NCBI RefSeq assembly: GCF_000011805.1
Contig: NC_006840.2
DNA length: 32,000 nt
DNA from: Aliivibrio fischeri ES114
Lineage (GTDB): Bacteria > Pseudomonadota > Gammaproteobacteria > Enterobacterales > Vibrionaceae
Direction: 5' to 3' (one strand)
The notes beneath the pieces were generated by a model, which saw only the letters and a program-made list of their open reading frames with translations, did no database searches and was not told where the DNA came from. The position numbers and the translations under genes were made by a program. Shown here piece by piece: positions 1 to 9,820 of this stretch (position 1 is the first letter of the stretch; the number at the start of each line of letters is the position of its first letter).

Positions 1-1
1 A

Positions 2-448
2 GGTCCAGTAGTTATAAAAATATTTTCACAATCTGGGGTTGGTGCATATATTTCAGCAAGAAAACGGTTAGTGTCTTCTTATTTTAAGTATATAACGATA
101 GGTTTTATCGTAAGTTTAATTGTTGGCTCTTTATATATATATATTTCTAATAAAGAAATTTATAGCGACAATTATTTATCCTTCTGTATATTACTTTTAT
201 CAACAGCAATTCTTGCTTTTGGTCAAGTTTTTAGAGTTGATTTGTATTTACTAGAGAAGGATAAGGTTTTATTTTTAATATATCTTTCATCTTTGTTATT
301 TAATCTATTGCTGCTATCTATACTGCTACCAATATATGGCGTATTAGGAGCAAGTATAACCTCTTTAATATCAACTTCTTTTATGGTTTTTACAAAAATA
401 ATGCAGTCTAAAAAATATCTTAAATTGGTGGCTTTAAATGAGTGTTAA
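2..448 (+). CDS. Polysaccharide flippase (Wzx-like), C-terminal part, truncated by the window start
   Basis: Frame is open from base 2 (GPVVIKIFSQSGVGAYISARKRL...) into the listed 71..448 ORF. Multiple hydrophobic helices (ITIGFIVSLIVGSLYIYI, LYGVLGASITSLISTSFMVF) and location before polysaccharide genes. Confidence 0.65.
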   Translation, partial: GPVVIKIFSQSGVGAYISARKRLVSSYFKYITIGFIVSLIVGSLYIYISNKEIYSDNYLSFCILLLSTAILAFGQVFRVDLYLLEKDKVLFLIYLSSLLFNLLLLSILLPIYGVLGASITSLISTSFMVFTKIMQSKKYLKLVALNEC

Positions 449-1541
449 AGTAAATAATGCTATTTTATCAAGGGTGATTATTGACTCTCTTGAGAATGAA
501 TACGAAATGGATGTTTATTTTAATAGGAAACTAAATAATAAATATATGTTTTTCAGGCCATATGCTAAAAATAATCATAACTTTATTATGTTTTTTTTGG
601 AGTCTATTCTGTCATTTTTTCTTCTTTTGTTTTCATTTGCGATTCCTATTATTAACTTTAGGTTGATTAGGTTTTATCATAAAGGGGGGTCTAGAAATAT
701 AATATTTATCCCTTCTCTAAAAGCTCAGTCTATACATGATGATATTGATGTTGACACAAGTAAGTTTGACTCTGAGATATCATTTATTAATGGAAGTAAG
801 AAAGAAAAAAAACGATTTAAGAGTGGCGATTATACATTGTATTTATATTGTATTTTTTTGTTTTTTAAAAAATATTTTAATTCTCCTTGGTTTTATCGTT
901 CCATTTTACTTATCCCTGAGATGATTGCTTTAGTTTCTTGTTTGAGGTTATCAAAAGCAAATAATATAGCTATGACAAATCAACTTGATAGATGGGCATA
1001 TCTAATATCGAGTTTTTCTAAAATAAATGATTGTTCTTTATCATTATATCAACATGGAACTGTTATTGGTGAATTTAAGCCAAAGAATAAGTTGCCAATA
1101 GTGAATATTTTATATAGTTATAACCAGGCGGAAAGGGATTTTTTTGAAAGTAACATTATAGATATTCTATGCGATTGTGTTTATTTGAAACCAAAAATAA
1201 AACTATCTGAAATTAGTCATAAAAGTAGTTTGTTGATTATTGGTTCAGGAAGTATTGAGCATTTCTCTATTGAGGTTGAGACTGTAAAATATTTAATGCA
1301 TAATAAGCGGTTTTTTGTATATATAAAACCACACCCGAATTTATTAGTTAATAGGAACTATTTAGAATTTGATAAAGAAAGATTAAGTATTATATCTGAT
1401 AATGTTTTTTTTCCAAATGTGGATGTGGTTATTCATTTTGGTTCTACATTGGCTATTGAATATGAAAATTCAAAAGAGAACATACGTGTAATCGAGTTAA
1501 ATAAAAACTCTAATATAATAGAAAAATTAAATTTAATTTGA
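438..1541 (+). CDS. Putative surface-polysaccharide glycosyltransferase/glycerophosphotransferase-like protein of unassigned family
   Basis: 367-aa ORF overlapping the upstream CDS by 11 nt. Motifs LYQHGTVIGEF, YIKPHPNLL and VIHFGSTLAIEYE resemble GT-B-like cell-surface polymer transferases. AT-rich. Confidence 0.5.
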   Translation: MSVKVNNAILSRVIIDSLENEYEMDVYFNRKLNNKYMFFRPYAKNNHNFIMFFLESILSFFLLLFSFAIPIINFRLIRFYHKGGSRNIIFIPSLKAQSIHDDIDVDTSKFDSEISFINGSKKEKKRFKSGDYTLYLYCIFLFFKKYFNSPWFYRSILLIPEMIALVSCLRLSKANNIAMTNQLDRWAYLISSFSKINDCSLSLYQHGTVIGEFKPKNKLPIVNILYSYNQAERDFFESNIIDILCDCVYLKPKIKLSEISHKSSLLIIGSGSIEHFSIEVETVKYLMHNKRFFVYIKPHPNLLVNRNYLEFDKERLSIISDNVFFPNVDVVIHFGSTLAIEYENSKENIRVIELNKNSNIIEKLNLI

Positions 1542-1618
1542 ATTTAAAAAGATTAATACCACTGAAATATTTGTAGATCTTTCTTTTTAATGAATTATTG
1601 TGGTTTATAGAGGTTTGA

Positions 1619-2656
1619 ATGTTTAAAGATAAAATATTATTAATCACTGGTGGAACTGGTTCTTTTGGTAACGCAGTTCTAGATCGTTTTTTAGAAACGG
1701 ATATTAAAGAAATACGCATTTTTTCTCGTGATGAAAAAAAGCAAGATGATATGCGTAAAAAGTATAACTCACCTAAGTTAAAGTTTTATATTGGCGATGT
1801 ACGTGACTACAATTCAATTTTATCAGCCTCTCGTGGTGTTGATTTTGTTTTCCATGCAGCAGCATTAAAGCAAGTTCCTTCCTGTGAATTTCATCCGATG
1901 GAAGCGGTGAAAACCAATGTTTTAGGCACGGAGAATGTTCTTGAAGCTTGTATTGCGAATGAAGTTTCTCGTGTTGTATGCTTGAGTACCGATAAAGCGG
2001 TATATCCAATCAATGCCATGGGTATTTCCAAGGCGATGATGGAGAAGGTTATTGTTGCGAAATCACGTAATGTTGATCCTAATAAAACGGTGATATCGAC
2101 AACTCGTTACGGTAATGTAATGGCTTCTCGAGGTTCTGTTATTCCATTATTCTTACGACAAATAATGAGTGGTGATGCTATTACCATTACAGATCCTAAT
2201 ATGACTCGTTTTATGATGACATTAAATGATGCTGTAGATCTTGTTTTGCATGCATTTATTTATGGTATTAATGGTGATATTTTTGTTCAAAAAGCGCCAG
2301 CGGCTACAATTGATGTTTTAGTTCAAGCGTTAAAAGCTATCACGTCAAAACCTGAGCATGAAGTTAATGTGATTGGTACTCGCCATGGTGAAAAATTATA
2401 TGAAGCATTATGTAGCCGTGAGGAGATGTTTGTAGCAGAAGATCAAGGTGGTTACTATCGTATACCTTCAGATAATCGAGACCTTAATTACTCACAATAT
2501 GTAGAAGAAGGCGAACAAGATCTATCTACTATTGAAGATTATAATTCTCATAACACAGATCGTTTAGATGTAGATGGTATGATTGAATTACTTCATAAGT
2601 TAGATTTTATTGCTGATATTGAAGCGGGTAGCCTAATCGTTCCTGAAGGTGTGTAA
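1619..2656 (+). CDS. fnlA: UDP-GlcNAc 4,6-dehydratase/5-epimerase, FnlA/WbjB/CapE-like
   Basis: TGGTGSFGNAVLDRFL nucleotide-binding motif, FHAAALKQVPSCEFHPMEAVKTN, STDKAVYPINAMGISKAMMEK, followed directly by fnlB/fnlC-like genes. Confidence 0.9.
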   Translation: MFKDKILLITGGTGSFGNAVLDRFLETDIKEIRIFSRDEKKQDDMRKKYNSPKLKFYIGDVRDYNSILSASRGVDFVFHAAALKQVPSCEFHPMEAVKTNVLGTENVLEACIANEVSRVVCLSTDKAVYPINAMGISKAMMEKVIVAKSRNVDPNKTVISTTRYGNVMASRGSVIPLFLRQIMSGDAITITDPNMTRFMMTLNDAVDLVLHAFIYGINGDIFVQKAPAATIDVLVQALKAITSKPEHEVNVIGTRHGEKLYEALCSREEMFVAEDQGGYYRIPSDNRDLNYSQYVEEGEQDLSTIEDYNSHNTDRLDVDGMIELLHKLDFIADIEAGSLIVPEGV

Positions 2657-3759
2657 TGAAAATTCTTGTAACAGGCGCAAATGGCTTCATTGGCAAAAAT
2701 CTCTGTTTTCAACTAGAGGAGCAGGGCTTTACTGATCTAATTAAAATAGATCGTAGTAATTCAACCGAAGAGTTAAATGAAGCATTAAAGTCGGCAGATT
2801 TTATTTATCATTTAGCGGGTGTTAATCGTCCGCAAAATGATGATGAGTTTAAACTAGGCAATGCTGATTTAACGTCGCATATTATATCTAAATTAAAAGA
2901 GTTAAATCGAACACCCCCAATACTCTTAACGTCTTCAATTCAAGCTGAGCAATCCAATGCTTATGGCGTAAGCAAAGCATTAGCTGAAGATGCCTTGAAT
3001 AGCTATGCTGAGCAATCAGGAGCAAAAGTTTATATTTACCGATTGCCTAATGTTTTTGGCAAGTGGTGTCGCCCTAATTACAACTCTGTAGTCGCTACGT
3101 TTTGTCATAATATTGTGAATGATTTACCACTAACAATTAATGACCCATCAGCGAAAGTGAACTTAGTTTATATTGATACTGTTTGTGAGCACTTTATCCA
3201 TCACTTAAGCAATAATGAACCGGGTGGGGAACAATCAATTAAACTGATTTATCCGACAACGGTAGGTGATATTGCTACGGCGCTAGAATCATTTAAAGCG
3301 AGTAAAACATCTTTAGTGACCGAAAATGTAGGCACTGGTTTCTTACGTGCATTGTATTCTACTTATATCAGCTATTACTCTCCTGAGCAGTTCTCATACA
3401 CCATACCAGCATATACAGATCCTCGTGGTTCTTTCTGTGAATTATTAAAAACGAAAGATGCCGGTCAATTTTCATTTTTTACTGCACACCCAGGTATTAC
3501 TCGTGGTGGACATTATCATCATACTAAGAATGAAAAATTTCTGGTGATTAAAGGTGAGGCTAAATTCCGTTTCGAGCATATAGCTACGGGTGAATGCTAT
3601 GAGTTGGATGTAACGGGGGAAGATTATAAGGTTGTTGAAACCGTCCCTGGTTGGACTCATGATGTAACAAACATTGGAGAGTCTGAGCTTGTTGTTATGT
3701 TATGGGCAAATGAGATCTTTGATCGAGAAAAACCAGATACGTTTACGAAACCACTGTAG
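2656..3759 (+). CDS. fnlB: FnlB/WbjC/CapF-like bifunctional SDR plus C-terminal cupin protein of UDP-L-FucNAc synthesis
   Basis: MKILVTGANGFIGKNLCFQLEEQG SDR domain. C-terminal HPGITRGGHYHHTKNEKFLVIKGEAKFRF cupin segment as in CapF. Confidence 0.9.
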   Translation: MKILVTGANGFIGKNLCFQLEEQGFTDLIKIDRSNSTEELNEALKSADFIYHLAGVNRPQNDDEFKLGNADLTSHIISKLKELNRTPPILLTSSIQAEQSNAYGVSKALAEDALNSYAEQSGAKVYIYRLPNVFGKWCRPNYNSVVATFCHNIVNDLPLTINDPSAKVNLVYIDTVCEHFIHHLSNNEPGGEQSIKLIYPTTVGDIATALESFKASKTSLVTENVGTGFLRALYSTYISYYSPEQFSYTIPAYTDPRGSFCELLKTKDAGQFSFFTAHPGITRGGHYHHTKNEKFLVIKGEAKFRFEHIATGECYELDVTGEDYKVVETVPGWTHDVTNIGESELVVMLWANEIFDREKPDTFTKPL

Positions 3760-3768
3760 GAATAAAAA

Positions 3769-4899
3769 ATGAAAAAATTAAAAGTAATGTCAGTGGTAGG
3801 TACCCGCCCTGAAATTATTCGTTTATCGCGTGTATTGGCTAAATTAGATGAGCACTGCGAACACATTTTAGTTCATACTGGTCAAAATTATGATTTTGAA
3901 CTTAATGAAGTTTTCTTTAATGATCTAGGTGTTCGTAAGCCGGATTACTTTTTGGATGCCGCGGGTAAAAACGCGGCTGAAACTATTGGCCAGGTGATTA
4001 TTAAAGTTGATCAAGCCTTAGAAGAGATTCTGCCTGATGCGATGCTAGTACTAGGAGATACAAATTCTTGTCTGTCGGCTATTCCTGCAAAACGCCATAA
4101 GGTTCCAATTTTCCATATGGAAGCTGGAAATCGTTGTTTTGATCAGCGAGTACCGGAAGAGACTAATCGACGTATTGTTGATCATACTGCAGATATTAAT
4201 TTAACTTATAGCAGTATTGCTCGTGATTATCTTTTAGCTGAGGGTTTACCTGCTGATCGTGTAATTAAAACGGGCAGCCCTATGTTTGAAGTATTAAATC
4301 ATTACATGCCTCAAATAGATGCGTCTGATGTTTTATCTCGTCTAGGTTTAAAACAAGGTCAGTTTTTTGTCGTTAGTGCGCACCGTGAAGAGAATGTTGA
4401 TTCACCAAAGCAGTTAGCAAAATTGGCAGAGTCACTTAATTGTGTTGCTGAGTATTATAACCTTCCAGTAATTGTTTCTACGCACCCTCGAACTCGTAAT
4501 AGAATTGAAGCTCAAGGCATTGAGTTTCACAAGAATATACAATTGCTTAAACCATTAGGATTTCATGATTATAATCACCTTCAGAAAAACGCCAAAGTAG
4601 TATTATCTGATAGTGGAACGATTAATGAAGAATCTTCTATTATGAATTTCCCTGCATTAAACTTGCGTGAAGCACATGAACGTCCTGAAGGGATGGAAGA
4701 AGCGTCAGTCATGATGGTAGGGTTGAGTGTTGAACGAGTAATGCAAGCACTGCAAATATTAGAATCTCAACCAAGTGGAGATGAGCGCTTACTACGCCTT
4801 GTATATGATTATAGTATGCCGAATGTATCCGATAAAATGGTGAGAATCATTCATTCTTACACTGATTATGTTAAGCGTGTGGTTTGGAAAGAGTATTAA
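3769..4899 (+). CDS. fnlC: UDP-N-acetylglucosamine 2-epimerase family, FnlC/WbjD/CapG-like
   Basis: VVGTRPEIIRLSRVL, HTGQNYD, VLGDTNS, HMEAGNRCFDQRVPEETNRR, SDSGTINEESSI. Confidence 0.9.
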   Translation: MKKLKVMSVVGTRPEIIRLSRVLAKLDEHCEHILVHTGQNYDFELNEVFFNDLGVRKPDYFLDAAGKNAAETIGQVIIKVDQALEEILPDAMLVLGDTNSCLSAIPAKRHKVPIFHMEAGNRCFDQRVPEETNRRIVDHTADINLTYSSIARDYLLAEGLPADRVIKTGSPMFEVLNHYMPQIDASDVLSRLGLKQGQFFVVSAHREENVDSPKQLAKLAESLNCVAEYYNLPVIVSTHPRTRNRIEAQGIEFHKNIQLLKPLGFHDYNHLQKNAKVVLSDSGTINEESSIMNFPALNLREAHERPEGMEEASVMMVGLSVERVMQALQILESQPSGDERLLRLVYDYSMPNVSDKMVRIIHSYTDYVKRVVWKEY

Positions 4900-4900
4900 T

Positions 4901-6112
4901 GTGAAAAAAAAAATCGTAATTCTTGCTGAGTATATCGGTGAGAATCATAACTCAACAGCATATTATTGGTCACAAATTACTAAGCATTTACAGGGGGAAT
5001 ATGAGATTGTCCTTATTGCCCCAGAGAATAAATACTCACTTTTTTTTGCTTCTGAAAATAAGATAACTACACGTTTTGTTAAATTAGCTGAACATAATAA
5101 AAACAATTTATTATCGCGCTTACAGGGGCAAATTAAGCAAACCATGAGCTTCCTTTCAGTAGTTAAAGAGGAGGTGGGGAGTGCGGATCTTCTTTTTTCA
5201 GGAACTAACCCTATCGTTACGATGGCGAGCTTAGTGTTATTAAAGTGGCGATACCGTTTTCAATGGTTGGTCTTAGTTCATGATGTTTTTCCTAATAATT
5301 TAATTCCTGCTAAAGTGCTTTCTGCCTCTAGCCCTTTTTATAAAGCATTAATTGCCTTATCAAAGAAGATGTATGCTGCACCAGATAGTATGATCTGTAT
5401 CGGTCGTGATATGAAGGTACTTCTGAAACAGAAAATAGGTAATGAAAAACATATCCATTACATCCCTAATTGGGCATCGACAGAAAAAATCCCTTCTTTA
5501 AATAAATCAGATAATAAGATAATTACTGATTTAGGTTGGCAGAATCAGGTCGTGTATCAGTTTTTTGGCAATATGGGGCGTTTACAAGGAATGGGAAATT
5601 TAGTAAAGGCCATTCAACAGTCAACACATCAGCAAGCTCGATTCTTATTTATTGGCTGTGGTTCAGAAGCGGACAATGTGCAGAAATCCCTTGGTCAAAT
5701 AAATGAGGAGTGTGGTTATGATAAAACTCATTTTTACGGGCGTTTGGATTTGGAAAAAAATCATATAGGCTTAAACGCTTGTGATATATCCTTGGTAACA
5801 TTATCTGACAATATGTGTGGATTAGGTGTGCCAAGCAAGGCGTATTTTTCTATGGCCGCAGACAAACCCATTCTTTATGTTGGTGATGGTGATTCAGAAT
5901 TATCTATTTTGCTATCTGAATATCCAGTAGGTTGGGCGTGTGAACCTGAGCAGCCCACACTATTGGCTCAACAGCTTGATGCGATTACAGAAAATTGTTT
6001 AATAAGTGAAATGCCAAAAATGCGGCCAAGAGTGCTATTAACAGAGCATTTTTCTGAGGCCTTAGCGTTAACTAAAATAGCAAGGGTTGTGAATTCAACA
6101 ATCGAATTATGA
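4901..6112 (+). CDS. wbuB: WbuB-like glycosyltransferase (probable L-FucNAc transferase)
   Basis: GTG start at 4901 directly after the fnlC stop (the track start at 4868 lies within fnlC). GT4-type features (AEYIGENHNSTAYYWSQITKHL, FFGNMGRLQGMGNLVKAI) and position after fnlABC. Confidence 0.8.
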   Translation: MKKKIVILAEYIGENHNSTAYYWSQITKHLQGEYEIVLIAPENKYSLFFASENKITTRFVKLAEHNKNNLLSRLQGQIKQTMSFLSVVKEEVGSADLLFSGTNPIVTMASLVLLKWRYRFQWLVLVHDVFPNNLIPAKVLSASSPFYKALIALSKKMYAAPDSMICIGRDMKVLLKQKIGNEKHIHYIPNWASTEKIPSLNKSDNKIITDLGWQNQVVYQFFGNMGRLQGMGNLVKAIQQSTHQQARFLFIGCGSEADNVQKSLGQINEECGYDKTHFYGRLDLEKNHIGLNACDISLVTLSDNMCGLGVPSKAYFSMAADKPILYVGDGDSELSILLSEYPVGWACEPEQPTLLAQQLDAITENCLISEMPKMRPRVLLTEHFSEALALTKIARVVNSTIEL

Positions 6113-7020
6113 ATATATTATTAACCGGTGGTTTTGGGTTTATTGGGCAACAAGTTGTAAAACTATCTCCTATCAAGCGGAAAGTTGTGAGAATGGGGGA
6201 GTCATATTCTGGATCATCAGTACATCAGATCGATACACTTAGTACTACCACGAATTGGCAAGGCGCATTCACCGACATCAATGCAATAATTCATCTCGCA
6301 GGCTTAGCTCATTCTAATTCATTTTCTGAGCAAGATTATCAAGAGGTGAATGTTGACGGTACTTTGCACTTAGCCAATGAAGCAGCAAAATCAGGGGTTA
6401 AGCGTTTTGTGTTTGTTAGTTCTATTGGTGTAAATGGAACCTCAACATACCAAACCCCTTTTTCTTCGTTATCCAAAGTAGAGCCTCATAGTGCTTATGC
6501 TCAATCAAAGTATGATGCTGAAGTTGGTCTCCAAAAAATAGCAGAAGAGACTGGATTGGAAGTGGTTATCGTTAGGCCAACCTTAGTGTATGGTCCTAAT
6601 GCACCTGGGAATTTTGGGGCATTGACTCGCTTGGTAAATAAAGTACCAGTATTACCATTTGGTTTAGTAAATAATAAGCGTGATTTTATTTCGGTTCAAA
6701 ATCTCGCAGATTTGTTAATTACTTGCGCAAACGATCCAAAGGCTGCTGGTCGTACTTTTTTGGCTTCTGATGGGCAAGTGGTATCTATCAAAGATTTTAC
6801 TAATGCAATCGCAAAAGGTTTGAATAAACGAGTTATTCAGCTACCTATCCCTGTATGGTGCATGAGATTAGCTGGAAAATTGCTTGGTAAGGAGGTTATG
6901 ATTGAGCAGCTTGTAGGAAACCTAGAGGTTGATTCATCAAATGCGCAAGAAGTGCTAGGATGGATTCCTCCTTATACTATGCAACAAGCAATGCATTCAC
7001 TATTAGAGAATAATAAATGA
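6109..7020 (+). CDS. NAD-dependent epimerase/dehydratase (WbjF-like)
   Basis: MNILLTGGFGFIGQQVV, IIHLAGLAHS, SSIGVNG, YAQSKYDAE. Overlaps the upstream gene by 4 nt (ATGA). Confidence 0.8.
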   Translation: MNILLTGGFGFIGQQVVKLSPIKRKVVRMGESYSGSSVHQIDTLSTTTNWQGAFTDINAIIHLAGLAHSNSFSEQDYQEVNVDGTLHLANEAAKSGVKRFVFVSSIGVNGTSTYQTPFSSLSKVEPHSAYAQSKYDAEVGLQKIAEETGLEVVIVRPTLVYGPNAPGNFGALTRLVNKVPVLPFGLVNNKRDFISVQNLADLLITCANDPKAAGRTFLASDGQVVSIKDFTNAIAKGLNKRVIQLPIPVWCMRLAGKLLGKEVMIEQLVGNLEVDSSNAQEVLGWIPPYTMQQAMHSLLENNK

Positions 7021-7565
7021 TACGTATTTTAGATTTTCTAGCCGCCTTCTTTGGTTTGTTATTTTTATGGCCAGTGCTATTAATTGTTACGATTATTGGC
7101 CTATTTGATACTGGCTCGCCTGTTTTTATTCAAGAGCGAGTAGGGCGTAATAAAAAACCGTTTAATTTAATCAAGTTTCGAACTATGTCTGTGGAAACCA
7201 AATCGGTTGCAAGCCATCTAGCTAGTAATGCCTCTATTACTAAATTAGGTGCATTTTTACGAAAAACAAAAATAGATGAATTGCCACAATTGATTAATGT
7301 TATGAAGGGTGAAATGAGTTTAGTCGGGCCTCGCCCAAATTTATTTAATCAAGAAGAGTTAATTAAAGAGCGCGATGCTCTTGGAGTGTATGATGTGCTG
7401 CCTGGTGTTACCGGTTTAGCACAGGTCCAAAACATCGATATGTCTACACCAGCGCTACTAGCGAAAACTGATAGAAAAATGATCGATACGTTAACAGTAA
7501 AGAGTTATTTTCAATATATTCTGATGACCGCTACAGGTAGTGGTTCTGGTGATGCAGTTAAATAA
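7017..7565 (+). CDS. Initiating sugar-phosphate transferase, PglC/WcaJ catalytic-domain family
   Basis: RILDFLAAFFGLLFLWPVLL, VFIQERVGRNKKPFNLIKFRTM, TKIDELPQLINVMKGEMSLVGPRP, LPGVTGLAQV. Confidence 0.9.
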   Translation: MIRILDFLAAFFGLLFLWPVLLIVTIIGLFDTGSPVFIQERVGRNKKPFNLIKFRTMSVETKSVASHLASNASITKLGAFLRKTKIDELPQLINVMKGEMSLVGPRPNLFNQEELIKERDALGVYDVLPGVTGLAQVQNIDMSTPALLAKTDRKMIDTLTVKSYFQYILMTATGSGSGDAVK

Positions 7566-7579
7566 TAAAGAGAATAGTC

Positions 7580-9487
7580 ATGCAGTTCTTACAACCGATT
7601 TGGAGTATGCCAAGACCATTGAAGCGTCTTGTGAGTATCGTTGTTGATATTTTATTTATTGTTTTTGCTTTTTGGGCTGCTTTTGCTACGCGGTTGGACG
7701 GTATTGAAATTTATATGCAAGATGTTTCTTATTGGAAACTGCTTGCCGTATTGATTCCGTGTACATTATTGGTTTTTACTAAAAGTGGCCTATATCGTGC
7801 GATTCTTCGTTATTTAAGTTTGCATGCGGTTTTAAGTATTTGTATCTCTGCGATAATTTCTTCTGCTTTTATTGTTTTTATTTCGTATTTTAACTACTTA
7901 TACATGCCTCGCTCAATACCTGTAATATATGCAACTTATTTGGTTATGTTATGTGGTGGTTCAAGATTAATTGTTAGAGTTTTAGTTTCGGATTTATTAG
8001 GAAAGCAAAAAAAGAAAGTATTGATTTATGGAGCAGGTTCTGCAGGGTTACAGCTAGCTAATATGTTGCGCCAAGGAAAAGAATTTCATCCTATTGCATT
8101 CATTGATGATGATAGAAAAAAACACAAAACAACAATGCAAGGTATTACTATTTATAGACCTAAGTATCTTGAAAGATTAATAAAAAAACATTGCATATCA
8201 ACAGTGTTATTAGCCGTACCTTCTGCTTCTCAGGTACAGAAAAAAGTGATTATCGAGTCCTTGGCTAAGTTGCATGTTGAAGTTTTGACAATTCCTAATT
8301 TAGACGATTTAGTTAATGGCAAGCTTTCTATCGGACAACTTAAAGAGGTCTCTATTGATGACTTGTTGGGACGTGTGGCTGTAACCCCTCAAGCTGAATT
8401 AATGGAAGCAAATATTAAAGATAAAGTGGTGATGGTAACGGGAGCTGGAGGGTCTATTGGATCTGAGCTTTGCCGTCAAATTATTCTTAATAAACCAACT
8501 ACTTTAGTATTATTTGAGCTTTCTGAGTTTAGTTTGTATCAGATTGAACATGAGTTATCGCAAATAATTGCAAATCAACAGTTATCAATAAATGTAGTGC
8601 CTTTACTTGGTTCTGTTCAACGCTTGAATAGATTAGCAGCAACGATGAAGGCGTTTAAGGTGCAAACTGTTTATCATGCAGCGGCGTATAAACATGTACC
8701 TCTGGTTGAATATAACGTGGTTGAAGGTGTTCGTAATAATATTTTTGGAACCAACTACGCTGCACAAGCCGCCATTGAAGCAAAGGTTGAGTCTTTTGTA
8801 TTAATTTCAACAGATAAAGCGGTTCGGCCTACCAATGTTATGGGCACAACCAAGAGAGTGGCTGAACTTGGTTTGCAGGCCTTAGCACAAGTTGAAAATG
8901 CGAAGCCTAACGGTACTCGTTTTTGTATGGTTCGTTTCGGTAATGTGCTTGGTTCATCTGGTTCTGTTATTCCATTATTTAAAAAGCAAATCGCGCAAGG
9001 TGGTCCAATAACATTAACTCATAAAGATATTACTCGTTACTTTATGACCATTCCTGAAGCGGCTCAATTAGTGATTCAAGCTGGAGCGATGGGGAAAGGC
9101 GGAGATGTTTTTGTTTTGGATATGGGGGAATCAGTGAAGATCGCTGATCTTGCTCGTAATCTGATTCATTTATCTGGCTTAGAAGTGCGTAGTGATGAAA
9201 ATCCTGATGGCGATATAGAGATCCGATGTACTGGTCTTCGTCCCGGTGAAAAATTATATGAAGAGCTGTTGATTGGAGATAATGTGGGTAAAACCGCTCA
9301 TGAGCGTATTATGACTGCTAATGAGGAGTTTTTACCTTTAAACGAATATAACCAATTGTTAGATGATTTAGATACTGCTTGTCATAATTTTGATCATGCC
9401 ACTATTCGACAACTATTAATTGATGCTCCTACAGGGTTTGCTCCTGTTGATGGTATTGGTGATTTAGTTTGGAAAGCTGAGCAATAA
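7580..9487 (+). CDS. Membrane-bound nucleotide-sugar 4,6-dehydratase, WbpM/FlaA1/PglF family
   Basis: N-terminal membrane helices, then VTGAGGSIGSELCRQI, AAAYKHVPLVEYN, STDKAVRPTNVMGTTKR, VRFGNVLGSSGSVIPLF. Second possible start at 7607. Confidence 0.9.
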   Translation: MQFLQPIWSMPRPLKRLVSIVVDILFIVFAFWAAFATRLDGIEIYMQDVSYWKLLAVLIPCTLLVFTKSGLYRAILRYLSLHAVLSICISAIISSAFIVFISYFNYLYMPRSIPVIYATYLVMLCGGSRLIVRVLVSDLLGKQKKKVLIYGAGSAGLQLANMLRQGKEFHPIAFIDDDRKKHKTTMQGITIYRPKYLERLIKKHCISTVLLAVPSASQVQKKVIIESLAKLHVEVLTIPNLDDLVNGKLSIGQLKEVSIDDLLGRVAVTPQAELMEANIKDKVVMVTGAGGSIGSELCRQIILNKPTTLVLFELSEFSLYQIEHELSQIIANQQLSINVVPLLGSVQRLNRLAATMKAFKVQTVYHAAAYKHVPLVEYNVVEGVRNNIFGTNYAAQAAIEAKVESFVLISTDKAVRPTNVMGTTKRVAELGLQALAQVENAKPNGTRFCMVRFGNVLGSSGSVIPLFKKQIAQGGPITLTHKDITRYFMTIPEAAQLVIQAGAMGKGGDVFVLDMGESVKIADLARNLIHLSGLEVRSDENPDGDIEIRCTGLRPGEKLYEELLIGDNVGKTAHERIMTANEEFLPLNEYNQLLDDLDTACHNFDHATIRQLLIDAPTGFAPVDGIGDLVWKAEQ

Positions 9488-9603
9488 ATAATATGGCGCT
9501 TCACTTCGAGATGTGAGGAAAAGAAAAAACGAGGATTCAGGTCGCAGGTTTCAGGAAGATCAAAGTGAGTACACCTGAAACCTTGTTTTTAGTTGTTTAT
9601 AAT

Positions 9604-9715
9604 TAACCCCTCCATCTCCTCTTATAGTGATATTTTTAATCAAGTGACTATCTCGATAAAGGGGAGGAGCTATATTGTGATCGAGGTAACTCCAGCGAAT
9701 ACCTCTGAACTCTGC
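9604..9715 (-). repeat. Single-hairpin derivative of the repeat core plus one arm
   Basis: Minus strand: gcagagttcagaggt...agctcctcccctttatcgagat...actataagaggagatggaggggtt. Same layout as 15.34-15.47 kb. Confidence 0.7.
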
Positions 9716-9726
9716 TTTTGATTTTC

Positions 9727-9770
9727 GCTCTTCCTCATCCCTCGAGCGAAGCGTCCTCGCTTCTAATCCG
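9727..9770 (-). repeat. End module, minus orientation
   Basis: GCTCTTCCTCATCCCTCGAGCGAAGCGTCCTCGCTTCTAATCCG matches the 13.56, 21.74 and 21.96 kb copies. Confidence 0.75.
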
Positions 9771-9820
9771 TTTCTCCCTTATAATCAAATTAGTTAAAAT
9801 TCCCTACAAGGATCATAAGA

